A program made the position numbers and the translations under genes. DNA of 64,000 nucleotides from Gnetum montanum (lineage: Eukaryota; Plantae; Gnetophyta), in NCBI GenBank assembly GCA_015680685.1, contig MNCI01002561.1, forward strand, positions 218,986 through 282,985. Direction: 5' to 3'. Shown here piece by piece: positions 13,758-25,596 of this stretch. The notes under the pieces are model-generated. The model was not told the origin of the DNA. It saw nothing but the letters and a program-made list of their open reading frames with translations, and did no database searches. The stretch's first letter is position 1; the number at the start of each line of letters is the position of its first letter.

Positions 13758-14570
13758 AATGAGTTTAAGTATTGTTATGCGAGGTGGTATCATTTTTAAG
13801 TCATGATTCTAGGACTAAAGTATGGTGTTAGTTTATCGTCTTGACACCAGGACAAGTGTGTAGTATGTGTATGTTAGGTGTGGGTTGGTATGAGTTTTAA
13901 GTCATGATTATAGGACTAAAGTATGGTGTCATTTTATCGTCTTGATACCAAGACGAATGTGTTTTATGTGTTTTTATTTTTACTTACTTTAATTTCTGGT
14001 TGTGTGCAGGGGACTTAAACCCTTTCTTTTGGTGGTGGAACTCATGGGTGTGTTGTCATGGTTTGGTCCCTTGGAGCCTAACACACATCTTCATGACATG
14101 GAGATCAGATCTCAAGGGTTATGGTTTTGTCCGAGCTCTAGTGAATTTCTATCATTTATCCTGCAGGGTTTTAGCGTGGTCATCTGGTCTCATTTAANCA
14201 AAACCATAACCCTTGAGATCTGATCTCCATGTCATGAAGATGTGTGTTAGGCTCCAAGGGACCAAACCATGACAACACACCCATGAGTTCCACCACCAAA
14301 AGAAAGGGTTTAAGTCCCCTGCACACAACCAGAAATTAAAGTAAGTAAAAATAAAAACACATAAAACACATTCGTCTTGGTATCAAGACGATAAAATGAC
14401 ACCATACTTTAGTCCTATAATCATGACTTAAAACTCATACCAACCCACACCTAACATACACATACTACACACTTGTCCTGGTGTCAAGACGATAAACTAA
14501 CACCATACTTTAGTCCTAGAATCATGACTTAAAAATGATACCACCTCGCATAACAATACTTAAACTCATT
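13758..14570. other. 372-bp inverted duplication bounded by single Ns (probable assembly artefact)
   Basis: 14199-14570 is the reverse complement of 13758-14129; Ns at 14198 and 14571. Confidence 0.8.
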
Positions 14571-14834
14571 NTTTGGCTCAAACTAAGGGTGCTAATCTCT
14601 ATTATCATAAGCAATTTTTCAAGGCCTTTGAACGTTGTGAAGCTCGTGGGTGGCTACATGAAGATTGGTCTCGCAATGGACCCACTTTTCCTCAAATGGT
14701 TGATTCAATGCCAAGTGTGCCTGATCCATTTGCTAATGGTAAGTGATTGTGTTTTGAGCTTTATTTTTATCTTTGCTACCCCATTGTTTATCATGATGTT
14801 GATCTTTTTTTTAACATCTTTTTATAGTGGATAT

Positions 14835-17252
14835 TGAAACACCATTAATTTCAGAATAACACTTTAAATGAAAATAGCTCAAGCCCCTTCAAAGCATTCC
14901 AGAGAGGTTAAGAGAATTGCAGGCAAAAAGAAAAAAAGAAAGAAAAAACTCTGTTTATGCATGATTGCATGCTTTAATGGATGGCCGCAGAAGCAACACC
15001 AGCAGTTTCAAGCGCAGAATTCGCAGAGCCATGGAGTTACCCCTGGAGCTAACGCGATGCCAATGGAGTCATTGGTTTCATGCGGTATTTACAAGGGACG
15101 CCGAATGCAACCCCGTTGATGAATAGAGCTCCTGCTCCAACAGCCAAGGAAACCATGAACCTGCCCCAAAATTCGGCCAAATTTACAGTCCACCTAATGC
15201 CACCTTCGCTGATGAATTCACCCCTGGAGCAGATTTCTGTGCAGCAGCTGCTGCTCACCACACCGTTGTTTTCTCTCCACCGTTCGCTGCTTTTCTTCCT
15301 GCCGATGCTGCTCTTCTCTCTGCTGCTACTGCTGTTTTTCATCCCACCACCGACTGCCGAATCGCCACTTCGCGTTGCTGTCTACTCCTACCGTGAACGC
15401 ATCGCCGCTGTCGTCCATGCTATCTTCTGCAGCCACCTAGCTTTTCTGCCACGTCACCAATCCTGCACTACCTCCTGCCGCGTCCCCGCACTACTGCACG
15501 CATCCTTTGCGCTCCCGCCACCCTCTGCATCACGTCGCTGTTGCTGCTGCCATCTCGCTCTGCCTCCTGCCGCTCCTGTTTTTGCCGTGCCTGCGCGTCA
15601 CTGTCTCTGCTCCTCCCACCTTCACGTTGCTCACCATGCCTGACGTCTCTTGCCCACTGTCTGCTGACTGCCACGCCTCCACGTTGCTGATTCTGCAACA
15701 TTGCTCTTCCTCCTGTGCCGCGTCACTGCCTGCCTCTTCCTGCGCTTGTTGTTTCTACCACTTCTCCTGTTTCTATCACGCCGCATTACCATGCCTGCTA
15801 ACCCTGCGCTACCGTGCCTGTTGATGCTATTTTCTCTCAGCGGTGCTGCTGTTTCATCTGCCGCGCAGCTGTTACCGCCCCAGCATCGTTGTCCTCCACC
15901 GTTCGCCACCTTGCCCTACCCTGCGTGCCTGACATTTCTCTACTGCCTCCTGCTGCTGCTTTCCTCCCTGCACCGTCATTGCTTTTGGTCACCACCATGT
16001 TACCTATCCGTCGCGTTTCTATTCCACCGCTGCCCCTGGAAAATAAATTGCAAGATGAGCAGAGAATTAAGTACACAGGTTAATACTTAGAAAGTTTGGT
16101 GGAAGCAATCAGGAACGGATCCAGCACCAGAGGATATTTTGGGTGGTTGTGTTTGGGCTCTTCACAGGATTTAGAGTTGGGTATGGGCTATGGACATAAA
16201 ACTCCAAGCATCAATACGCTTTGAGTTGGCCAAGGCACCTTGTTTACATCCTGCAAGTCACGATAAAATATATTTTAATATGACATAATTTTCCAAGCAG
16301 ATCGGGGTTGGAGCCAATCTAAATTTTCTAAAGTTTTATGGCTCGAGGGCTTGTATTTTCTATTTATTTGTATTTTTTATGGGCTCAAATCACCCATAAG
16401 TTGTAAAATACATTGAACCTGGCCAAGGAATGCAAATTGCCAACACACGTACAATTCATGTACAACTTTCAAGCTTGGATACATTGAACCTGGCCAAGGA
16501 AAGCAAATTGCCAACACACGTACAATTCATGTACAACTTTCAAGCTTGGGTACATTGAACCTAGTCAAAGCAAACCCTAGCCAAAACCCTAGCCCAAACC
16601 TATAAATACCCTACCAATTCACACAAATGGGGAAAGAGAGACAAGAACAACAAGAGAAGAACAAAGATAAAAGAGCCAAAAAGAAGCAAAGGCAAAAGCG
16701 ACAAGAGAGAGAAGAAGATTGAAAGAGGCAAAGATTGGAGAAATTGGTGATGCACATCTGATTTTTGGCTTCCGATTTCTTCTCACATTAATCACATTTC
16801 ATCGTCACATCAGTGTGTCACATCATTCCGGGGCTAGGCGTTTGACTTGCCGTCCACACTTGTGCAACTACGCTTTGACCGGTGCATATTCTTGTTTAAA
16901 AACAATACAATACAGTTTCATTTTTGCCTCTCATTTACATTATTTACTTCAGTTTATCTTCTATTTACAATATAACTTTGTTTACGCCTTATTCATAATT
17001 TAGTACACTTTATTTACATTTTGTATCGTTGTTCATATTCCGTTTACACCGTTTACGATAACCCAAGCGCTAGCCATAGCTTCCGCTCGGGGAAGTCCTT
17101 GGTTGATTTGCGTGCAAACCATCCAAGGCACTCTGCCTTCATTCCCTTTTCCAGCTTGCCCTCAAGCGAAGGCAGGGTCAGCTGTGGCTGCCCAACGATC
17201 TCTCGGTGTCTGTTTCCCTTCCAGCCTTACACCGACGATTTAGGTCAGTACA
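14835..17252 (+). repeat. 5' LTR of D (2418 bp)
   Basis: TGAAACACC...AGTACA; TATA-like CCTATAAATA near 16599; one extra 71-bp unit relative to the 3' LTR. Confidence 0.95.
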
Positions 17253-17257
17253 GTTTT

Positions 17258-17275
17258 TGGCGCTAGAAGGAGGGC
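17258..17275 (+). promoter_or_regulatory. Primer binding site complementary to the tRNA-Asn(GUU) 3' end
   Basis: TGGCGCTAGAAGGAGGGC = reverse complement of ...GCCCTCCTTCTAGCG-CCA (plant tRNA-Asn, from memory). Confidence 0.85.
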
Positions 17276-17439
17276 CACTTTCTTGTTATTGATTAAAACC
17301 TCACTACCTATCAAAACTCATCCATCTTGCCCATTTGAGTCTCTTCATCCCTGTTGATCACACTAAGCTTGTGTCACCCCACACTACAACTGCTTACGAT
17401 CCAACTCCATTCGTCTATCCCAGTCCATTCACATTTATC

Positions 17440-19770
17440 ATGGAATCTTCCCAAGTCAACCCAGTAACACTACCAATTGCTTCAAACCCTGTGACTGCTA
17501 CGGAATCTATAACCGTTATTGAACACATAAATCCTCAAGGCCCTACACGCCAATCCCTCAGGCTACAAGGCAAAGGCCCTATTCACGCAACTCTTACACC
17601 TGAACAATATAATTTTATCTGTGTTAAGATCCAAGCCAACCTACCCATTGATCGTATAGAGAGGGAAGCTAAGCGAGAATATGAATTCATCCACAAAGGA
17701 GGACGTGAGTTTATCCCTTCAGCTTTTGACATAATCCCACTATCTGAAAACCATCATAAACTCATATCCCAACTTCTCATGGTTAAAAATCAAGCCTTAC
17801 AACTACCTCCCATAGAGCCTCAAGATGAAGAAGATGACTTTGCAGCCCAATCTGAACATGGAGAATCATACCATACTGTTAGCCCCCATGCCCACACAAA
17901 CCTATTATCCCATCCTTTCCTAGAAGAAACTATGTTTCCTTCTTCATCCACAAACATTCAAGCACCTGTTTCCCATTCCATCCCTATCTTCTCCGTGCTC
18001 AATAACATTCACTCTGATGCATCCACTTCCATCATTCCTCCACCAGTGCAGTCCCAACAACTCCCCCAAACCAACGCAGGGTCAATCCTCCAACCTCAAG
18101 TAATTGGAATACCATCAGTCATACCAGCTTCCACATCCACCCATTACATACCCCAGATGCAAATTCATAGGGCACCATTGATTACTCCTACCCAACATGT
18201 TCAAGGTGTTGCCTCACAACATGTGGCTGGGCAATGGGTTCCACCAGTAGTCTCAGTCCCGAATACCATCCCACCACAACAAATGTTAGCCCAACAACCT
18301 GCTTTTCCACAAACAATGCAACAATTAAACCATTATCATCCACAATCAACTCAATCCATTGGTTTGCCTACCGCCCAAGAATGGGCAGACACACAAAAAA
18401 TGATGCACTCGTTGGCAGAAGAATTAAAACGCCTTAAAACTTTCAACAATGAGGAAGTCAAGGTACTAGATTTCTATCAAGATGACCCAATTGACCCCTC
18501 AGTTCCACCCTTGACCTTGCCAAAAGGAGTCTCATTACCTCAACTGACCAAGTACAATGGAGAAGGGGACCCAAATGCCCATCTAGTAACATTTAGAACC
18601 GAAAGCCTTTTACTTCAAGCATGGCCCCATGTAATCTTGCGAGTGTTTGCAATGTCCTTAACCGGAAAAGCCTTAGACTGGTACCGATCTCTACCCCGTA
18701 GCTCCATATCTTCTTTAGAGAATTTGTTGCATCAATTTGTCACCCGTTTCAAATACAATCTGAAACCTGAAGCCACATTAGATAGCTTGATTCAAATTAA
18801 ACAAGCGCCATTAGAGCCAGCACAGAAATTTATCCAAAGGTGGAGTGCAGCCTTAAACGAACTTCATGAACCTATCCCCGAAACATATTTACTCACTATC
18901 CTTAAATCAGCCGTGAATGACTTTATTAAATCAAAACTTTACTACCTAAAAGCCCGCACATTGAGCCAAGCATTTGTACAAATCAAAGACATAGAAGAAG
19001 CAGCACAAACAAGTAATGACCCAGCCTACTCAGCCTTTAGAAGCCAACACATAAGGAAAGATAAACCCAAAACAATGGTAGCAGCAGTGGCTGAGGGAAA
19101 ACAACCCACTATCCTAAACAACTATGAAAGAACAGCACCCACTCATACACCTGAAAGCTCCTCAAATAGAAATAACAACATAGGTCATGCACGTACCTTT
19201 GAAAGAAAAGACCCTACTCAGTACACACCATTGCCCATGAAGCCTTCACAAATGCTTGATCAACTTCTAAAGGCTGGGTTAATTGAACATAAACAGATGT
19301 CTCCTGCGGCCTCACAAAGACATGATCGCTTTTGCGAATTGGCCAAAAATCTAGCCTTAGCAACACCCAACGAACCCCCTATCCCAAAAGGCTTTAGGTT
19401 GGATAGGTTTTGTGAGTATCATCAACGGTGTGGTCATGGGACTGATTACTGCTATGCATTGAAGCAAGACATACAACGCATGAGAGATGTAGGTGAAGTA
19501 GCATTCGACGAGACAAACCCAGTAAGGCCTCAAAATCAATCCATGGGGGTCTATAAAGATCCTCTCAATACCAAAATCAACGATGCCCCATATGTGATTA
19601 ATACTATCCATATGGAAAACAAACAAGACGTCCTGCAAAAACCTTTTGTGATCCGTATGCCTCCCAGTAAGGCAAGGATTCCCCTAGCCTCCACAAACAA
19701 GAGGCATCCCTTTGTTATCAAGGTACCATCCCAGGAACCCACAACACCCTTTGTGGTCAAGGCTCCATAG
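17440..19770 (+). CDS. gag: Gag of element D (frame continues past the TAG to the gap at 20121)
   Basis: Retrotrans_gag core (KYNGEGDPNAHL..VFAMSLTGKALDWY..F..RF..IKQAPLE) and CHHC knuckle FCEYHQRCGHGTDYC. Confidence 0.92.
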   Translation: MESSQVNPVTLPIASNPVTATESITVIEHINPQGPTRQSLRLQGKGPIHATLTPEQYNFICVKIQANLPIDRIEREAKREYEFIHKGGREFIPSAFDIIPLSENHHKLISQLLMVKNQALQLPPIEPQDEEDDFAAQSEHGESYHTVSPHAHTNLLSHPFLEETMFPSSSTNIQAPVSHSIPIFSVLNNIHSDASTSIIPPPVQSQQLPQTNAGSILQPQVIGIPSVIPASTSTHYIPQMQIHRAPLITPTQHVQGVASQHVAGQWVPPVVSVPNTIPPQQMLAQQPAFPQTMQQLNHYHPQSTQSIGLPTAQEWADTQKMMHSLAEELKRLKTFNNEEVKVLDFYQDDPIDPSVPPLTLPKGVSLPQLTKYNGEGDPNAHLVTFRTESLLLQAWPHVILRVFAMSLTGKALDWYRSLPRSSISSLENLLHQFVTRFKYNLKPEATLDSLIQIKQAPLEPAQKFIQRWSAALNELHEPIPETYLLTILKSAVNDFIKSKLYYLKARTLSQAFVQIKDIEEAAQTSNDPAYSAFRSQHIRKDKPKTMVAAVAEGKQPTILNNYERTAPTHTPESSSNRNNNIGHARTFERKDPTQYTPLPMKPSQMLDQLLKAGLIEHKQMSPAASQRHDRFCELAKNLALATPNEPPIPKGFRLDRFCEYHQRCGHGTDYCYALKQDIQRMRDVGEVAFDETNPVRPQNQSMGVYKDPLNTKINDAPYVINTIHMENKQDVLQKPFVIRMPPSKARIPLASTNKRHPFVIKVPSQEPTTPFVVKAP

Positions 19771-20120
19771 ACATCATCCGCTAAGACGTTAAACTGGCAT
19801 GATTCATTTGCTAAGACATTAAACTGGCATGACGTAGCAACAAAAACTGCTAAGCAACCTTTCGTCATAAGAGTGCCACAACGAGATGACCCCTTACCTA
19901 CCCAAAGCCCAATAGTGGACAACATCTCGATCCCTCCTCCTCCAAGGGTTGACCTCACTAGCAACCTGACTAGGCCCACCAAATGGGAACGTAAGTACCT
20001 CACAACTCCCATGACCAAAGCAAAGGCCACAACTAGCAAACAACAACTGAACACTGGGGCCCCTACCCCCAAGCAGACCAAGCCTAAGTCCCCCTCTCGA
20101 GAGGTCTATCTCTCAAGCTT

Positions 20121-20924
20121 NNNNNNNNNNNNNNNNNNNNNNNNNNNNNNNNNNNNNNNNNNNNNNNNNNNNNNNNNNNNNNNNNNNNNNNNNNNNNNNN
20201 NNNNNNNNNNNNNNNNNNNNNNNNNNNNNNNNNNNNNNNNNNNNNNNNNNNNNNNNNNNNNNNNNNNNNNNNNNNNNNNNNNNNNNNNNNNNNNNNNNNN
20301 NNNNNNNNNNNNNNNNNNNNNNNNNNNNNNNNNNNNNNNNNNNNNNNNNNNNNNNNNNNNNNNNNNNNNNNNNNNNNNNNNNNNNNNNNNNNNNNNNNNN
20401 NNNNNNNNNNNNNNNNNNNNNNNNNNNNNNNNNNNNNNNNNNNNNNNNNNNNNNNNNNNNNNNNNNNNNNNNNNNNNNNNNNNNNNNNNNNNNNNNNNNN
20501 NNNNNNNNNNNNNNNNNNNNNNNNNNNNNNNNNNNNNNNNNNNNNNNNNNNNNNNNNNNNNNNNNNNNNNNNNNNNNNNNNNNNNNNNNNNNNNNNNNNN
20601 NNNNNNNNNNNNNNNNNNNNNNNNNNNNNNNNNNNNNNNNNNNNNNNNNNNNNNNNNNNNNNNNNNNNNNNNNNNNNNNNNNNNNNNNNNNNNNNNNNNN
20701 NNNNNNNNNNNNNNNNNNNNNNNNNNNNNNNNNNNNNNNNNNNNNNNNNNNNNNNNNNNNNNNNNNNNNNNNNNNNNNNNNNNNNNNNNNNNNNNNNNNN
20801 NNNNNNNNNNNNNNNNNNNNNNNNNNNNNNNNNNNNNNNNNNNNNNNNNNNNNNNNNNNNNNNNNNNNNNNNNNNNNNNNNNNNNNNNNNNNNNNNNNNN
20901 NNNNNNNNNNNNNNNNNNNNNNNN
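20121..20924. other. Assembly gap, probably covering the protease of D
   Basis: N run between the gag C-terminus and the post-protease repeats. Confidence 0.9.
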
Positions 20925-21624
20925 ACGTTAAACTACGAACTGTCCGAAATGACGTTAAACTACGATAAGTCCGCAATGACATTAAACTAGCCACGGTCAG
21001 AAATGGCCGGTNATAAGTCCGCAATGACATTAAACTAGCCACGGTCAGAAATGGCCAGTTCCATTTAAAACTTCTTGAAAATATTACTACCTTTGGCCCA
21101 CCATGGCATAAAACTGGTAATCCTTTCTTTGAAAATAGATGCAACAGTCCATCAAGACTTTAAACTGATGTACCAAGCCCGAAATGGCTTTAAATTAGAG
21201 CCAACAAATTACAAATTTACAAACTCTCATCATCTTACATTAAATTTTCGCTTATAGGTTACAAGTTACAATTTAGATTCTTGCATGGTCTTTGCTTTCT
21301 TTTCCAAGTATTTACCTTACATCTTGCTCTACACTTTAGAAATTTATGTTACATTTAGTTGCACACATATACTCTAGAAAACAAAGAAAAACGATAAAAA
21401 ATATAAAACTACATGGCCTGAAAAGGCCTTAAACTAGCATACAGCCCGGAACAGCCTAAAACTATCACTTTTTGCATTGCTTTTCTTTCCTTCGTACATT
21501 CTAACTCTATGTACGGCAGGTGTTGCTTGATGTTGTTTTCTTCCTAGTTGATTTTTGCAGGACCTCGCAAGGACGTAGCATGACCATGCATGAAGCATCA
21601 CACTTTACACAAGCAAGGTAAGCA

Positions 21625-22090
21625 CTAGTCCGCTATGACTATAAACTGGCACAGACAGTCCTGGATCATGACTTTAAACTGATACCACAGAACAGTCCTG
21701 GATCATGACTTAAAACTGATACCACAGAACAGTCTTGGATCATGACTTTAAACTGATACCATAGAACAGTCCTGGATCATGACTTAAAACTGATACCACA
21801 GAACAGTCCACTATGACGATAAACTGGCACAGAACAGTCCTGGATCATGACTTAAAACTAATACCACAGAGTTCTATCCGGTATGACACTAAACTGCTAC
21901 ATCCGTCTGCCATAACATGAAACTAGCATCCATAGTCCACTAAGACTATAAACTAGTTTGCCTCTTCATAGTCCGCCATGACTATAAACTAGCAATGCAC
22001 CGTCCGCTACGATGCTAAACTAGCATTGTCCAAGGGGTTATGACGTAAAACTAATCCACAACAGTCCGCTAAGACTATAAACTAGCGACA
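21625..22090 (+). repeat. 3'-UTR tandem array of D (~37-bp unit AAACTGATACCACAGAACAGTCCTGGATCATGACTT)
   Basis: Visible copies; homologous to the B array at 8900-9575. Confidence 0.9.
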
Positions 22091-23236
22091 TCATTGATGA
22101 CCAGGCAAAATTGGAAAAGACATGTTGTTGCAGTTGGCTGTTCCTGTTCCACATAGACTTGTTGCATGATTCATCCCATGGGGCCTAATGAAACTGATGC
22201 TGTTCATGATTTTGTTTGCTTTGGAAGCTGCACGTAGTGACTCCATCTCCTTATTTAAAGTGTTTAGCTGATTGTTTCATTTGTGGTTTTCTTGTCTTCT
22301 TGGAGTTGTGTTTGCAGGATGACACTTATGAGGCGTTCGTGCATAGATGCATTTCATCATGACGACAAGGTATCACATTTTTCCTGATGCACGCGATTGG
22401 GTTAATCAATCCGTTCATAAGTACATTCCCGATTCCCAATGCATCCCCTATTTCCCAATCATGCTCCCCTTAGCCTATTCAATTACATCCCCCTTGATAC
22501 ATTCCACTCATCTCAAAACTCTTGGTACACTGTTGCACATTGTAGCTCTCTAAGCGGTTGCGACGCAAAACACAATACATGATGCAAAATGCAAGTGCTC
22601 AAAAAACAAGCATGGCACAAAAAGCAAGCTCTTTCAAAAAGACCAAAAAGAACAAGAAAAAAAAAGAAAAAAGAACAAAAAAAGAAAAAACAAAAAAAAA
22701 ATGGTCAAAGAGCAAAATGCACGGAAAAGGTCTTCAAGACCCCATTGACATCATAAACAAAAGACTATTGGCCATTCTCATACAAGCCCCAGGCGAGAAG
22801 GCAGTTGTCTTATAGTTACACTTATGTCTCAAAGAGACCATGTTGCACATCATTGCATGGCTTTGGCTGTTTACAACGGGCCCCGCAAATACTCTATAAG
22901 AGTCCCGTTTCTCCAAAGAACGCACCTCCTATCTCTTGGTTCGGCGTCTACCGGAAAAACTGGCTATTGACAAGGACCAATGACATAACCTGTGTACAAG
23001 AGAGCATTCCTCCCTCACAAATCCCAGCAGCAATCATCTCCCTTAACCTCCTAGCTTCCCCGGTTACAATCACTTCCCTTGCATCTTGAACCACATTCCT
23101 CCAATCCCATGTACTTTTGAAAACGGTGTGATAATATCCAGCCAAAGGCTAATGGTTAATGTTTGATGTTTTTTTTGTTCATGGTGTTTGCACTTCTTTG
23201 TCGATGCCTCTCGGGTGAATTCCTCCAGACGTCAAC

Positions 23237-23248
23237 AAAGAGGGGCCA
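23237..23248 (+). promoter_or_regulatory. Polypurine tract of D
   Basis: AAAGAGGGGCCA just before the 3' LTR TG at 23250. Confidence 0.85.
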
Positions 23249-23249
23249 G

Positions 23250-25596
23250 TGAAACACCATTAATTTTAGAATAACACTTTAAATGAAAATAGCTCAAGCC
23301 CCTTCAAAGCATTCCAAAAAGGTTAAGAGAATTGTAGGAAAAAAGAAAAAAAGAAAGAAAAAACTTTGTTTATGCATGATTGCATGCTTTAATGGATGGC
23401 CGCAGAAGCAACACCAGCAGTTTCAAGCGCAGAATTCGCAGAGCCATGGAATTACCCCTGGAGCTAACGCGATGCCGATGGAGTCGTTGGTTTCATGCGG
23501 TATTTACAAGGGACGCCGAATGCAACCCCGTTGATGAATAGAGCTCCTGCTCCAATAGCCAAGGAAACCATGAACCTGCCCCAAAATTCGGCCAAATTTA
23601 CAGTCCACCTAATGCCACCTTCGCTGATGAATTCACCCCTGGAGCAGATTTCTGTGCAGCAGCCGCTGCTCACCATGCCGTTGTTTTCTCTCCACCATTC
23701 GCTGCTTTTCTTCCTGCCGCTGCTGCTCTTCTCTCTGCTGCTACTGCTGTTTTTCATCCCACCACCGACTGCCGAATCGCCACTTCGCGTTGTTGTCTAC
23801 TCCTGCCGTGAACGCGTCGCCGCTGTCGTCCATGCTGTCTTCTGTAGCCACCTAGCTTTTCTACCGCGTCACCAATCCTGCACTGCCCCCTGCCGTGTCC
23901 CCGCACTGCTGCAGGCGTCCTTTGCGCTCCCGCCACCCTCTGCGTCACGTTGCTATTGCTGCTGCCATCTCGCTCTGCCTCCTGCCGCACCTGTTTTTGC
24001 TGTGCCTGCGCGTCACTGTCTCTGCTCCTCCCACCTCCACGTCGCTCACCGTGCCTGACATCTCTTGCCCACCGTCCACTGACTGCCGCACCTCCACGTT
24101 GTTGATTCTGCAACATTGCTCTTCCTCCTACGCCGCGTCACTGCCTGCCTTTGCCTGCGCTTGCTGTTTCTGCCACTCCTCATGTTTCTGTTGCGCCGCG
24201 TTACCATGCCTGCTAACCCTGCGCTACCGTGCCTGTTGACGCTATTTTCTCTCAGCGGTGCTGCTGTTTCATCTGCCGAGCTACTGTTACCACCCCAGCA
24301 TCGCTATCCTCTGTCGTTCGCCACCTTGCCCTGCCCTACGTGCCTGACATTTCTCTGCTGCCTCCTGCCGCTACTTTCCTCCCTGCGCCGCTGCTGCTTT
24401 TGGTCACCACCGTGTTACCTATCCGCCACGTTTCTATTCCACCGCTACCCCTGGAAAATAAATTGCAAGATGACCAGAGAATTAAGTACACAGGTTAATA
24501 CTTAGAAAGTTTGGTGGAAGCAATCAGGAACGGATCCAGCACCAGAGGATATTCTGGGTGGTTGTGTTTGGGCTCTTCACAGGATTCAGAGTTGGGTATG
24601 GGCTATGGACATAAAACTCCAAGCGTCAGTACGCTTTGAGTTGGCCAAGGCACCTTGTTTACATCCTGCAAGTCACGATAAAATATATTTTAATATGACA
24701 TAATTTTCCAAGAAGATCGGGGTTGGAGCCAATCTAAATTTTCTAAATTTTTATGGCTCGAGGGCTTGTATTTTCTATTTATTTGTATTTTTTATGGGCT
24801 CAAGTCACCCATAAGTTGTAAAATACATTGAACCTGGCCAAGGAAAGCAAATTGCCAACACATGTACAATTCATGTACAACTTTCAAGCTTGGATACATT
24901 GAACCTAGTCAAAGCAAACCCTAGCCAAAACCCTAGCCCAAACCTATAAATACCCTACCAATTCACACAAATGGGGAAAGAGAAACAAGAACAACAAGAG
25001 AAGAACAAAGACAAAAGAGGCAAAAAGAAGCAAAGGCAAAAGCGACAAGAGAGAGAAGAAGATTGAAAGAGGCAAAGATTGGAGAAATTGGTGATGCACA
25101 TCTGATTTTTGGCTTTCGATTTCTTCTCACATTAATCACATTTCATCGTCACATCAATGTGTCACATCATTCCAGGGCTAGGCGTTTGACTTGCCGTCCA
25201 CACTTGTGCAACTACGCTTTGACCGGTGCATATTCTTGTTTAAAAACAATACAATACAGTTTCATTTTTGCCTCTCATTTACATTATTTACTTCATTTTA
25301 TCTTCTATTTACAATATAACTTTGTTTATGCCTTATTCATAATTCAGTACACTTTATTTACATTTCGTATCGTTGTTCATATTCCGTTTACACCGTTTAC
25401 GATAACCCAAGCGCTAGCCATAGCTTACGCTCGGGGAAGTCCTTGGTTGATTTGTGTGCAAATCATCCAAGGCACTCTGCCTTCGTTCTCTTTTCCAGCT
25501 TGCCCTCAAGCGAAGGCAGGGTCCACTGTGGCTGCCCAACGATCCCTCGGTGTTTGTTTCCCTTCCAGCCTTACACCGACGATTTAGGTCAGTACA
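23250..25596 (+). repeat. 3' LTR of D (2347 bp)
   Basis: Direct repeat of 14835-17252, differing mostly by transitions. Confidence 0.95.

Larger units (their letters stand above)
14835..25596 (+). mobile_element. Element D: complete-ended, apparently non-autonomous Tat LTR retrotransposon (gag, no RT/RH/INT visible)
   Basis: TG...CA LTR pair, 5-bp TSD GATAT (14830-14834 and 25597-25601), PBS and PPT. Confidence 0.95.

Noticed and set aside
13758-14570. Perfect 372-bp hairpin as an siRNA or foldback locus
   Set aside because: The second arm appears identical and is delimited by single Ns, so it is most likely a scaffolding artefact; it also replaces the expected exon 2-3 sequence
15049-16090. 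Many overlapping 80-190 aa ORFs in the D LTRs (and 23464-24505)
   Set aside because: GC-rich low-complexity sequence lacks stops in several frames; no recognisable domain; similarity between copies is just LTR identity
19873-21144. Long ORFs containing X runs (also 58856-59362)
   Set aside because: Artefacts of translating through N gaps
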